64,000 nt of DNA, taken from contig CAYSXR010000006.1 of NCBI GenBank assembly GCA_964435035.1, positions 420-64,419 of the forward strand, read 5' to 3'. The notes under the pieces are model-generated. The model made no database searches, had not been told where the DNA came from, and saw nothing but the letters and a program-made list of their open reading frames with translations. This stretch comes from an uncultured Gammaproteobacteria bacterium (GTDB taxonomy: Bacteria; Patescibacteriota; Patescibacteriia; Magasanikbacterales; UBA922). Shown one piece after another: positions 37,230 through 46,182 of the stretch. Made by a program: the position numbers and the translations under genes. Each line of letters opens with the position of its first letter. The first letter of the stretch is position 1.

Positions 37230-38606
37230 ATGAAAAAACGAATTCTCATCTCTCTATTAATGATCATGGTTCTAACTATATCCGGTTTTGGTTGCAAAGG
37301 TTTAACTGTACAAGAACAGTCAGCTGTCAAAGGAGTTACTTTGAACTATTGGACCGTATTTAATGATGTGAATGAACTGAAGAAATATGCAGCAGAATAC
37401 AAAGCAATGCGTCCACAAGTAACGATCAACATTCGTCAGGTTCGATACGAAGAATTTGATACCTTGTTTACCAATGCGCTGGCAGATGACGTGGGTCCCG
37501 ATGTTGTGTCTATGCATGTTCGTTGGCTTCGTAAAAATCAGAATAGATTGTCTGCGGCACCTGCGAGTGTGCAGGTACCTCGTTTGATAGAAAAAAATAA
37601 ATATACCAAAGAAAAGGCTGTAGTAATCGATACGGTACCATTGCCTCGAGAGCGGGATATTCGAAATGAGTATGTGCAGTCGGTACACAAGGACGCCGTA
37701 ATCGATGGGCAAATTTATGGATTCCCGATTGCATTTGATTCTCTAGCATTATTTTACAATCAGACACTGCTCGATCGAGCAGGAATTGCCGAGGCGCCTA
37801 CTACCTGGGAAGAATTTGTGGAGGCCGTACAAAAAACTACCAAATTTAATTCAACTCTTGATATCACTCAGTCAGGGGTAGCGCTGGGTACTTCGAATAA
37901 TATTGATAATTTTTTTGACATTGTTTCACTCTTTATGATGCAGAGTGGTGTCATTCCCGTAAGTCAGAATTCAGTTACTTTCGCCGCGGGTGTTGACCGT
38001 GCGCAGGATCGATCACACCCGATGCTCCGTGCGCTAGATTTCTATACCGGATTTGCACGTGCTACTGCTGATCGATATAGCTGGAATGAGAAACAACAAA
38101 ATGCATTTGATGAATTTGTACGAGGGAAAAGTGCCTTTTTCCTAGGGTTTGCCTATGATTATCCACGGATCAAAGAACGGGCACCACAGCTGGATATCCA
38201 GATTACAACCGTACCACAACTGAATCCAAGTTCACCTTCCAATGTTGCAAACTATTGGCTCGAATCAGTAGTAAAGAAATCAAAATACCAGAATGAAGCA
38301 TGGGATTTTGTACGGTTTATTAGTTCAAAAGAAAAAGTAAAAACCTATACAGCAGCGACCTTTAGACCAAGTCCATACCGAGAGCAGATTGCAGAGCAGC
38401 AAAAGGATGAAACGATGGAGCCTTTTGCAACACAGGCACTTTTTGCTGATAATTGGTATCGAGGTCGGGAAAGTGATATTGCAGTTTCAACCATGAAAGA
38501 TTTGATTACCGAATTTTTGAGACCAGGAAATACTGATCAGGAAGTGCTCAAAAAAGATAAGACGGTGATTTTGAATGGTGCCGCAAAGATTCAACAAACG
38601 TATTAA
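37230..38606 (+). CDS. Extracellular solute-binding lipoprotein (ABC transporter SBP family 1), orphan
   Basis: A lipoprotein signal (LTISGFGC) and an SBP_bac_1-like sequence. No permease or ATPase genes are nearby. It is embedded in the pilin array. Confidence 0.6.
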   Translation: MKKRILISLLMIMVLTISGFGCKGLTVQEQSAVKGVTLNYWTVFNDVNELKKYAAEYKAMRPQVTINIRQVRYEEFDTLFTNALADDVGPDVVSMHVRWLRKNQNRLSAAPASVQVPRLIEKNKYTKEKAVVIDTVPLPRERDIRNEYVQSVHKDAVIDGQIYGFPIAFDSLALFYNQTLLDRAGIAEAPTTWEEFVEAVQKTTKFNSTLDITQSGVALGTSNNIDNFFDIVSLFMMQSGVIPVSQNSVTFAAGVDRAQDRSHPMLRALDFYTGFARATADRYSWNEKQQNAFDEFVRGKSAFFLGFAYDYPRIKERAPQLDIQITTVPQLNPSSPSNVANYWLESVVKKSKYQNEAWDFVRFISSKEKVKTYTAATFRPSPYREQIAEQQKDETMEPFATQALFADNWYRGRESDIAVSTMKDLITEFLRPGNTDQEVLKKDKTVILNGAAKIQQTY

Positions 38607-38610
38607 ACAT

Positions 38611-39729
38611 ATGGTTCGATTTTTGAAATATACCTTACTAACTTTTGTCTGCATAAGCGCTTCATTATTTGCGTCAGGAGTGCAGGCTGCAGATCCGCCA
38701 CTTGGAGATTTCAAATGTCCGATGTTTGCCGTAGAAGGTAAAAAATTATCAATTTTTTTATTAACAAGTATTGAGAGCGAAGACACGGTAGAAGTACCTC
38801 CGAGTAATCGATTTTTTTGTGTTGAAACAAGTGTTGATGCTACTACAGTGACCTGGGGAGATTTGACCAAAGGAAAAGATAGAAATGGAGCAATTGCAAT
38901 ATACCCTCAGTGGGGTAGTGGTGGAGCTGATGTGCGACCACAATATTTTACCACCTGTTTACTAGATAGTAGTGATAAATGGCATGATACCGGAGTAGGA
39001 GCTGATGTTAAGCCATCTGATCAAATATATAGCTTAAGTAAGACTGCATCACATTGTGATAAATCAAATGCTAGGTTACGGTATTATCTAAATGAATTAG
39101 TGGGTTCTCCTGAACTGTATTTGTATTATATTAAGCCAGCTCTCCCAGGTGAACAGCAGGAAAATCCAATTGCGGCATGTGAAGCGTCTAGAGGTACAAG
39201 TAAACAAGCCTGTGAAGCAAATTCAAAGTGTTTTTGGTCCATTCCTAACCTTTGTCTGGCAAAAGCTGATCCGGGAATAGATTGTACGAAGTTATCATTA
39301 ACGGAATGTTCCGCTGCAAATTATTGCACATCAGAAAATAATAAATGTGTAAAGAAAACAACTCAGGTGGAGGTGTCAAAAGCGATTGATCAGTATATTG
39401 AGGATCGGTATTCCAAGCCAAAAGACTATACAGGACCGCTACCCAAATGCGCATTTACTGGTTCATGTCGCAACGTAGAAGATTTGGTTCAAGTAGGTGT
39501 AAATGTGGCAACTTGGCTATTTGGTATTATCGCAGGTCTTGGATTTGCTTTCTTTGTGTATGGTGGGCTCACCATGGTTTTATCATTTGGAAATTCAGAA
39601 AAAGTGGGACAAGGAAAACAAATATTGGTGGCAGCAACGGTTGGTATGATCATCGCATTTTCAGCATATGTATTGGTGAGTTTTGTGGTAAAAGCGATCG
39701 GAATAAATCCTAATTTAGCACCGTTTTAA
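38611..39729 (+). CDS. TrbC/VirB2-like pilin paralog c (large Cys-rich ectodomain)
   Basis: A signal helix and a roughly 290-aa Cys-rich head, then the conserved domain FFVYGGLTMVLSFGNSEKVGQGKQILVAATVGMIIAFSAYVLVSFV. Confidence 0.6.
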   Translation: MVRFLKYTLLTFVCISASLFASGVQAADPPLGDFKCPMFAVEGKKLSIFLLTSIESEDTVEVPPSNRFFCVETSVDATTVTWGDLTKGKDRNGAIAIYPQWGSGGADVRPQYFTTCLLDSSDKWHDTGVGADVKPSDQIYSLSKTASHCDKSNARLRYYLNELVGSPELYLYYIKPALPGEQQENPIAACEASRGTSKQACEANSKCFWSIPNLCLAKADPGIDCTKLSLTECSAANYCTSENNKCVKKTTQVEVSKAIDQYIEDRYSKPKDYTGPLPKCAFTGSCRNVEDLVQVGVNVATWLFGIIAGLGFAFFVYGGLTMVLSFGNSEKVGQGKQILVAATVGMIIAFSAYVLVSFVVKAIGINPNLAPF

Positions 39730-39734
39730 TTCGT

Positions 39735-40130
39735 ATGAAAAATAGGACAAAGTTATTAGTCGGGATTATAATAATTATGTTTGGCACTCTCATAAGTGCT
39801 AGTAATTTTCAATTAGCTTTGGCCTCAAGTACACCAACGATTGGTTGCCGTGAAGGGCAGGATTGTGTATCACTTACTAATCCCCTTAATGAAACAGATA
39901 TTAAAAAGATTATTGGAAATAGTATTGGGGTTATCATGGGGATTGCTGGCTCAATCACCTTCGTAGTATTCGTATACGGGGGCCTCCTCTGGCTCACCTC
40001 AGCAGGAAATTCTGAAAGGATTCAGAAGGGTTTGCAAGCTATGCTCTGGGCTGGGATTGGAATTATTGTGATTTTCAGTAGCTATGCTATAATTACGTTG
40101 ATTTTAACGACATTACAAGCATCGCCGTAA
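39735..40130 (+). CDS. TrbC/VirB2-like pilin paralog d
   Basis: 131 aa with the conserved domain VFVYGGLLWLTSAGNSERIQKGLQAMLWAGIGIIVIFSSYAII. Confidence 0.65.
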   Translation: MKNRTKLLVGIIIIMFGTLISASNFQLALASSTPTIGCREGQDCVSLTNPLNETDIKKIIGNSIGVIMGIAGSITFVVFVYGGLLWLTSAGNSERIQKGLQAMLWAGIGIIVIFSSYAIITLILTTLQASP

Positions 40131-40286
40131 GTGAGAACGGAAGAAAGTGAAAATAAAGTGTTTCTTTAACTATAAAATTGAAGATTATAATCTTTACTCT
40201 CAGCTGTGAAATAAGATTCATGAGCTGGTGGTCCAATGTAAGTACAACGTTATGCAAAACTTGCAATTGAAGGGGGGTGAGGAAGT

Positions 40287-40727
40287 ATGAAAAACATACA
40301 AGCAAAATTACTAAAGCATAGAAATATCGTGCTTGGTATTGTAGCTTTTGTAAGCGTGTTTGCATTCGCACCGGTACAGGTAGCACTAGCGACAACGCCG
40401 CCACCTGCATCAGCAGCAGATCCAGATAACTTCGGTCTTAACCCTTTGGATAGTTTAACGATCCAAACCGATACAAAAGATGCACGAGAAGTGATTATTG
40501 ATATCATCAATCTCGCGTTAACGTTTCTTGGTTTGATCGCTGTTATTTTGATCCTCTGGGGTGGTTTCAAGTGGATGACCGCTGGAGGAAACGACGAGAA
40601 TGTAGAAGCAGCGAAAAAGATTATTATTGCTGCAGTGATTGGTCTCGCGATCATTCTATCTGCATACGCAATTGCTAATTTCTTTATCAGTTCCATTGGA
40701 ACAGCTGTAGATGTAGATCTTACGTAG
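40287..40727 (+). CDS. TrbC/VirB2-like pilin paralog e
   Basis: LILWGGFKWMTAGGNDENVEAAKKIIIAAVIGLAIILSAYAIANFF. Confidence 0.65.
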   Translation: MKNIQAKLLKHRNIVLGIVAFVSVFAFAPVQVALATTPPPASAADPDNFGLNPLDSLTIQTDTKDAREVIIDIINLALTFLGLIAVILILWGGFKWMTAGGNDENVEAAKKIIIAAVIGLAIILSAYAIANFFISSIGTAVDVDLT

Positions 40728-40819
40728 TTGTTTGCTGGCGCCCCTCCGGGTGTCAGAGCTTTCACTGGTCAAAAAATTTTCGGGTGGCCAGGTTAGCTTT
40801 GACTCTCATACATTCATAT

Positions 40820-41275
40820 ATGAATAACAAGTTGATTCTCGCAACTCTCTTCTCAGGTATTTTTTTTGCTCTGACCGTAGCTTTATTTCCGGTAAAATCT
40901 CTGGCACAAGGTTGCGATGGGCAACAGGGCGAGGGTGACCTCCTCGGACTCGATTGTGCAGGAACACAGTATTCAGGGCTGAGTGCGGAAGATCCACGTA
41001 TTATTACTGTGCGTATTATCAATTTCGCCTTGAGTCTATTAGGAATAGTTGCAATAATTATCATCCTATATGCGGGCTTCACCTGGATGACGGCGGGGGG
41101 AAATGATGAGAAAGTGGGAAGTGCGAAGAAGATACTAGGTGCTGCGGTGATGGGGCTCATAATTATCTTGGCATCATACTCTATTATGAGTTTTGTATTA
41201 CGCTCTCTCTGTGAGACTATTGGTACCTCATGTGGAAATCAATACTCTTCAGGATCATCAGGCTATTCTCCATGA
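40820..41275 (+). CDS. TrbC/VirB2-like pilin paralog f
   Basis: IILYAGFTWMTAGGNDEKVGSAKKILGAAVMGLIIILASYSIMSFV. The start was chosen at MNNKLIL. Confidence 0.6.
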   Translation: MNNKLILATLFSGIFFALTVALFPVKSLAQGCDGQQGEGDLLGLDCAGTQYSGLSAEDPRIITVRIINFALSLLGIVAIIIILYAGFTWMTAGGNDEKVGSAKKILGAAVMGLIIILASYSIMSFVLRSLCETIGTSCGNQYSSGSSGYSP

Positions 41276-41294
41276 AATTAATCAATTTTTTCTT

Positions 41295-41864
41295 ATGAAA
41301 AAAGTGTATTTACTTATCGGTCTTATCGCAGCATTCTCAGTTTTCGCTTTCGGCACTACAGTTCTTGCTGGTGATTTTGGGCTCAAAGATACGGCACGTG
41401 CTGCAAAACTCGATACCTACGGAGATAGTGTTCCAACTATTGCAGGAAACGTGATTGGAACCCTGCTTTCGATGATTTCAGTGTTATTCTTTGTACTCGT
41501 ACTCTATGGAGGTATTCTCTGGATGACGGCACGTGGAAGCTCAGAGAATACCGAAAAAGCCTTAAATACCATTATTGCGGCGACGATTGGTATTATCATT
41601 GTTATGGGAGCATACGCCCTTACTAACTTTGTGTTTAAGCTTGGGACAAATACTGGAGGAAATAATGTTGAAACACCTGTTAGCCCCGCGTTATGTGGAA
41701 ATGGTCAAATTGATCCGGGTGAACAATGTGATGGAGATTCTGAGTGTACTAGTAGTTGTACTATTATCCCCGGTACTTCACTTTGTGGAAATGGTCAAAT
41801 TGATCCGGGTGAACAATGTGATGGAGATTCTGAGTGTACTAGTAGTTGTACTATTATCCCTTAG
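41295..41864 (+). CDS. TrbC/VirB2-like pilin paralog g with C-terminal duplicated Cys-rich module
   Basis: The conserved domain comes first (VLYGGILWMTARGSSENTEKALNTIIAATIGIIIVMGAYALTNFVF), then 2x LCGNGQIDPGEQCDGDSECTSSCTIIP. The start was chosen at MKKVYLL. Confidence 0.6.
   Translation: MKKVYLLIGLIAAFSVFAFGTTVLAGDFGLKDTARAAKLDTYGDSVPTIAGNVIGTLLSMISVLFFVLVLYGGILWMTARGSSENTEKALNTIIAATIGIIIVMGAYALTNFVFKLGTNTGGNNVETPVSPALCGNGQIDPGEQCDGDSECTSSCTIIPGTSLCGNGQIDPGEQCDGDSECTSSCTIIP
41691..41864 (+). repeat. Perfect ~90-bp tandem duplication inside paralog g
   Basis: TGTGGAAATGGTCAAATTGATCCGGGTGAACAATGTGATGGAGATTCTGAGTGTACTAGTAGTTGTACTATTATCCC occurs twice with a 13-nt spacer. It is in frame and encodes a 30-aa module twice. 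Confidence 0.85.
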
Positions 41865-41883
41865 ACAAAAATTAGTTAGAATT

Positions 41884-42261
41884 ATGATCGAAGCTGTAAA
41901 AAGAAAATACAAAATTTTAACTTTAATTTTACCTCTTTTAGTACCTGGTAAAATATACGCCAAAAAAACCATCGAAGATGCTAGTTCAGCACTTGAATCC
42001 GCCGTAGGACCTACCGGACTACCACAAAACGAAATATCAACATATATTGGATCAGTCGCGCAGTGGTTGTTTGGAATATTAGGTCTTCTATTCTTTGTCC
42101 TCACGCTCTATGCAGGAATCACGTGGTTTCTCGCTCGTGGAGAAGAAGAAAAAATTACAAAATCACGTCAAACACTTATCGCAGCAGTTATTGGGTTGAT
42201 AATCACCGTGAGTGGGTATGCTATCGCCAGTTTTATTACAAATGCAATCAACTTCGGATAG
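41884..42261 (+). CDS. TrbC/VirB2-like pilin paralog h
   Basis: TLYAGITWFLARGEEEKITKSRQTLIAAVIGLIITVSGYAIASFI. The ORF-track N-terminal extension from 41575 reads through the upstream repeat in another frame and is likely artefactual. Confidence 0.6.
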   Translation: MIEAVKRKYKILTLILPLLVPGKIYAKKTIEDASSALESAVGPTGLPQNEISTYIGSVAQWLFGILGLLFFVLTLYAGITWFLARGEEEKITKSRQTLIAAVIGLIITVSGYAIASFITNAINFG

Positions 42262-42276
42262 TAATTTGAACTAGTT

Positions 42277-42669
42277 ATGAAAATCATTAATACGATAAAA
42301 CAATTCTGGGTACGAGGAGTTCTTGTGTCACTCAGTATTGCTGCACTGCCAAGTCGAGCGTGGGGACAAGGAAATCTGGGTAATGCAGACGATAATCTTG
42401 AGAATCTACAAAAGGGTATTGGAGGGAATGTGCCAACCGACTTAACTGTCGTGGTAGGAAATGTGATAAAAACAGTATTGAGTCTGGTAGGTATTATATT
42501 TCTAGTGCTTACGGTCTACGCAGGATATCTCTGGATGACTGCACGTGGAGAAGACGAACAAGTGAGTAAGGCAAAAGAAATTATCAAGTCATCAATCATG
42601 GGTCTGTTTATCGTGGTATCATCATACGCAATCACCGTGTTTATTACTTCACGATTTAGTGGTCAATAA
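42277..42669 (+). CDS. TrbC/VirB2-like pilin paralog i
   Basis: TVYAGYLWMTARGEDEQVSKAKEIIKSSIMGLFIVVSSYAITVFI. Confidence 0.65.
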   Translation: MKIINTIKQFWVRGVLVSLSIAALPSRAWGQGNLGNADDNLENLQKGIGGNVPTDLTVVVGNVIKTVLSLVGIIFLVLTVYAGYLWMTARGEDEQVSKAKEIIKSSIMGLFIVVSSYAITVFITSRFSGQ

Positions 42670-42670
42670 T

Positions 42671-43081
42671 ATGAAAAAACTACAAACCGTTAAAATTTTT
42701 TTGTTAGCCGCTCTTCTATTTTCTGGTTTATTGGGTACTACAGTTTATGCTCAAAATCTCGGTATCGATGATGTACATAAAGCGGGGACACAGGCGGGGT
42801 TTACGCAAGCTACAGAGACCACCTTGGCGGAAAACATTGGTAGGCTGATTACCGTGCTATTTTCAGTGTTAGGGGTATTATTTACGGTACTCATTGTATA
42901 CGCTGGATATCTCTGGATGATGGCGCGAGGGGATGATGAGCAAGTTACTAAGTCAAAAAATATTATGGGTAGAGCTGTAATAGGACTCATCATTCTCATG
43001 TCAGCATATAGTATTACCCGATTTGTAGTACCACGAGTACTGGAAGGATCGGTAAATACCTCAACCACTTCTACCCCATAA
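42671..43081 (+). CDS. TrbC/VirB2-like pilin paralog j
   Basis: IVYAGYLWMMARGDDEQVTKSKNIMGRAVIGLIILMSAYSITRFV. An ATG start at 42671 was chosen over the overlapping GTG at 42659. Confidence 0.65.
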   Translation: MKKLQTVKIFLLAALLFSGLLGTTVYAQNLGIDDVHKAGTQAGFTQATETTLAENIGRLITVLFSVLGVLFTVLIVYAGYLWMMARGDDEQVTKSKNIMGRAVIGLIILMSAYSITRFVVPRVLEGSVNTSTTSTP

Positions 43082-43086
43082 AAAAT

Positions 43087-43500
43087 ATGCAAAAAATGAA
43101 AGGATTAGTTGTGCACTTACTATTTACTTCATTTCTAATCTTCGGAGTATTTGTTTTTTCATCCTCATCAGCTTTGGCGACAACTACAGGACCAGACATC
43201 ATGGGGCAACTAAATGCAGGATCACAGGCTGCTGGATATGGTACCGAAGCACAAGATATTCGTATTACTGTTGCAAAAGGAATCCAGTTACTACTGTCTT
43301 TTTTGGGTATTATTTTTGTAGTGTTAACCGTATATGCTGGTTTTCTGATCTTCACTGCAGCTGGAAATGAGGAAAATCTATCAAAAGCAAAAAAAATCAT
43401 TGGCTATGCAGTGATTGGTTTTATTATTATTCTGTCTGCATACAGTATTACCAGTTTTGTGACCAGTCGAATTGTTGCAGAAACGATGGGTCAGCAATAG
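43087..43500 (+). CDS. TrbC/VirB2-like pilin paralog k
   Basis: TVYAGFLIFTAAGNEENLSKAKKIIGYAVIGFIIILSAYSITSFV. Confidence 0.65.
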   Translation: MQKMKGLVVHLLFTSFLIFGVFVFSSSSALATTTGPDIMGQLNAGSQAAGYGTEAQDIRITVAKGIQLLLSFLGIIFVVLTVYAGFLIFTAAGNEENLSKAKKIIGYAVIGFIIILSAYSITSFVTSRIVAETMGQQ

Positions 43501-43509
43501 ACTTGAAGT

Positions 43510-43983
43510 TTGAATATGAAAAAAATAAAAAAAATGATAGTAGGTGCTATGTTTGTACTCGGAATACTTTTTTCAAGTATGCCTAGTTTGGTGTTTGCTA
43601 CCAATCCATCGACACAGAAACCGGGGCAATTTCAAGGTTCAGAAATGGAAGAGCAACTCAATGCATTTGGTGGAGATAAAGGCGGGAAACTAACGTATAG
43701 TGATCCGAGAATAATGGTGGCAAAGCTTATCAAAACATTTTTAGGTGTGTTGGGAATTATCGCAGTTGCGCTAGCGCTCTATGCAGGGTTTGTGATAATG
43801 ACGTCTAGTGGTAATGAAGAAAAAATCGAGACGGGGAAGAAAATTTTGATGTATTGCGTAACAGGTACCGCGGTAATACTCGGGGCGTACAGTATTACGT
43901 ACTTTATATATATGGGTTTGTATGGAAGTATCAATAATCCTATAACGCCCGGATATAATGATTCATATCCTGATGAATTCTAA
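43510..43983 (+). CDS. TrbC/VirB2-like pilin paralog l
   Basis: ALYAGFVIMTSSGNEEKIETGKKILMYCVTGTAVILGAYSITYFI. Confidence 0.65.
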   Translation: MNMKKIKKMIVGAMFVLGILFSSMPSLVFATNPSTQKPGQFQGSEMEEQLNAFGGDKGGKLTYSDPRIMVAKLIKTFLGVLGIIAVALALYAGFVIMTSSGNEEKIETGKKILMYCVTGTAVILGAYSITYFIYMGLYGSINNPITPGYNDSYPDEF

Positions 43984-45101
43984 GCTTTCAATTTTGAAAT
44001 AAATTCAAGTAATTGTGTACTAGACTGCACCCCTGTGTAGTCTTTTTTTGTTTTCTTTTGTGACAGGTAATGGGTCACAAGTGATACTAAGTCTTTAGTA
44101 GTTGGAGCATGGTCACCGAGATGATTTTTTTTCAAATATTCTACATTAAAATCCTCTTGTCCTGGAATTGGGTAAATAGCAATAAGTGGGACCTGAGACA
44201 CCGTGCACTCAGTAGTAGTAAGTCCTCCAGGTTTACTTATGACAACTGAGGCAAGTTTCATGAAGGAAGAGATTTCATCGGTCCAGCCTAGGGGTATATA
44301 GGTAATATGCGTTGGTGCAGTAAGCTTCGAAATACGATTAAACATTTTTTTATTTTTTCCTGTCACTGCAACTAGGGTACAAGAGGGTTTTGTGCGGGTA
44401 AATAATTCTTCAATAATATCAGAAAGTTCAATAAGGCCACTCCCACCTGAAAGAAGTAGTATGAGGGGTTTATCTTGTGGTATGTGGTATTTCGAGCGAA
44501 CCTGTTCAGCTGGTTTCGAATCATAAAATCGAGGATCAATCGGAATTCCAAATTCATGGATGTGAGTAGGAGGAATTTTATACGTCTGAACCAGCTCATC
44601 TTTCATTTCGGAGGTACTCACTACATATTCGGCAACCCCGTTAACAACCATGATAGGATGTACACCGTAGTCAGTAATAATTTGAGTAATAGGAACAACT
44701 TTACTTCGTTTTTTCATGGCGTGTACCAAAATTTCTGAAGGTAGAAAATGAGTAGTCACAATGTGGTCGGGAGCAAATTTTTCTACTTCTTGGAGAAATT
44801 CAAACGAACTGAGCATTTTGAGATAATCAGTAAGAGCGTGGTACGTTTTTATAAATACTTTATTATCAGAGATTCGGAATAATCCAGACCACACTTTAGG
44901 AAGATGGGATACGAGAAAATCATATCCTTCGACCGTAGTTTTTTTAAGTAGAGGCGTAATGTAATCGGCGATATCAATATGTCTACACTCAAGTTTAGGA
45001 AAATCAAGTTTAGCAGCATTTTCCAGTGCTTTGGCAGTTTGAGTATGTCCTGAACCAGCAGAAAGCGAAACAATAAGTATTTTTGTATGTTTGCGGACCA
45101 T
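43980..45101 (-). CDS. GT28-family glycosyltransferase (MGDG synthase / UgtP-like diacylglycerol glycosyltransferase)
   Basis: N-terminal ILIVSLSAGSGHTQTAKAL (the MGDG_synth motif) and a C-terminal Glyco_tran_28_C-like region. Confidence 0.65.
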   Translation of the reverse strand: MVRKHTKILIVSLSAGSGHTQTAKALENAAKLDFPKLECRHIDIADYITPLLKKTTVEGYDFLVSHLPKVWSGLFRISDNKVFIKTYHALTDYLKMLSSFEFLQEVEKFAPDHIVTTHFLPSEILVHAMKKRSKVVPITQIITDYGVHPIMVVNGVAEYVVSTSEMKDELVQTYKIPPTHIHEFGIPIDPRFYDSKPAEQVRSKYHIPQDKPLILLLSGGSGLIELSDIIEELFTRTKPSCTLVAVTGKNKKMFNRISKLTAPTHITYIPLGWTDEISSFMKLASVVISKPGGLTTTECTVSQVPLIAIYPIPGQEDFNVEYLKKNHLGDHAPTTKDLVSLVTHYLSQKKTKKDYTGVQSSTQLLEFISKLKA

Positions 45102-45187
45102 AGTAAATATGTGTCACTAGTATACCCGAGTTCTGTAAACAATAAAACGCCCAGATGGCGTTTATCTATATTTAGAAAGATCCCCTT

Positions 45188-45264
45188 AGGGGTGGCTAAC
45201 GGGGATCGAACCCGTGATAAAGGTACCACAAACCTCTGTGTTACCACTACACCATAGCCACCCC
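45188..45264 (-). tRNA. tRNA-His (anticodon GTG)
   Basis: The reverse complement is GGGGTGGCTATGGTGTAGTGGTAACACAGAGGTTTGTGGTACCTTTATCACGGGTTCGATCCCCGTTAGCCACCCCT. It has an 8-bp acceptor stem with G-1 typical of tRNA-His, and GTG in the anticodon loop. Confidence 0.75.
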
Positions 45265-45337
45265 TAAATTGACCTCAAGTCAAATATGAAGACGAGTATA
45301 GGATAAAATCAGGCTTTTGTCAATGACAATTATAACA

Positions 45338-45363
45338 CAAAACCTCGGAATCCCGAGGTTTTG
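45338..45363. terminator. Bidirectional terminator hairpin AAAACCTCGGaatcCCGAGGTTTT
   Basis: A perfect 9-bp stem flanked by an A-run and a T-run. It lies downstream of the minus-strand SPFH gene. Confidence 0.65.
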
Positions 45364-45386
45364 TTGAAAAGGAAACATAATGTTCA

Positions 45387-46115
45387 TTATTTTTTCTCGA
45401 ATGCTCGGAGGATTTCAAGGGGGACTGCAAAAATAATGGTATTTGATTGGTCAGAGCTTACATCATTGATTGTACTAAGGGTACGTAGGTGTAAGGCACC
45501 TGGGCTAGCAGAAAGCATGTCTGCAGCTTTTGAAATATTCTCGGCAGCTGCAATTTCTCCTTCTGCCTTGATAATGACTGCTCGCTTTTCACGTTCAGCT
45601 TCGGCCTGTCTTGCAATTACACGTTGCATGTCATCAGGAAGAGTAATATCTTTCAATTCTACTGTCTCAACTTTGATACCCCATACATCGGTTGCAACAT
45701 CGATAATCTCACGAATTTTTTTTGCAGCTTCTTCACGTCTAGCGAGTAGTTCATCGAGTTCGAGTTGCCCCACCACATTGCGCATGGTAGTCTGTGCGAG
45801 TTGTGACACAGCAAACCAGAAATTTTCTACTTCAAGTATTGCTTTTGCTGCATCAGACACGCGATAGTAGATTACGGCATTGATTTTTGCAGATACATTA
45901 TCTTTGGTAATTGCTTCTTGATACGGCACATCCACTGCTTTGGTGCGGATATCCACTTTTTGCATACTCTGGATAATGGGGAATACCAATCTCCATCCTG
46001 GCTCAACAATCTTTGTATATTTACCGAGCTGAAATTTCACACCTCTCTGGTACTGATTCACCTGGCGGACACTGATAAATATGATGAACAGTACGATCCC
46101 TACGAGTACCCACAT
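45387..46115 (-). CDS. SPFH/Band-7 (stomatin/HflK-like) membrane protein
   Basis: An N-terminal TM helix and an SPFH domain (RGVKFQLGKYTKIVEPGWRLVFPIIQSMQKVDIRT), then a coiled-coil tail. Confidence 0.8.
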   Translation of the reverse strand: MWVLVGIVLFIIFISVRQVNQYQRGVKFQLGKYTKIVEPGWRLVFPIIQSMQKVDIRTKAVDVPYQEAITKDNVSAKINAVIYYRVSDAAKAILEVENFWFAVSQLAQTTMRNVVGQLELDELLARREEAAKKIREIIDVATDVWGIKVETVELKDITLPDDMQRVIARQAEAEREKRAVIIKAEGEIAAAENISKAADMLSASPGALHLRTLSTINDVSSDQSNTIIFAVPLEILRAFEKK

Positions 46116-46182
46116 ATTGTATAATATAAGAATTATGCTGTAAGTATTGCGTAAAGTTCTTATAAATGCAAGAGTGTGGAAT

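Noticed and set aside
41575-41883. N-terminal extension of the 228-aa ORF 41575..42261, with repeated EMVKLIRVNNVMEILSVLVVVLLS
   Set aside because: The extension is another reading frame through the 90-bp tandem duplication of the upstream pilin gene. The genuine gene starts at MIEAVKRKYK (41884) with its own signal helix.
36370-43983. Considered whether the periodic repeated sequence in this region could be a CRISPR array or a DGR variable-repeat system
   Set aside because: The repeats are about 200-bp protein-coding modules with intact ORFs, signal peptides and terminators, not short direct repeats with spacers. No reverse transcriptase or template repeat is present for a DGR.
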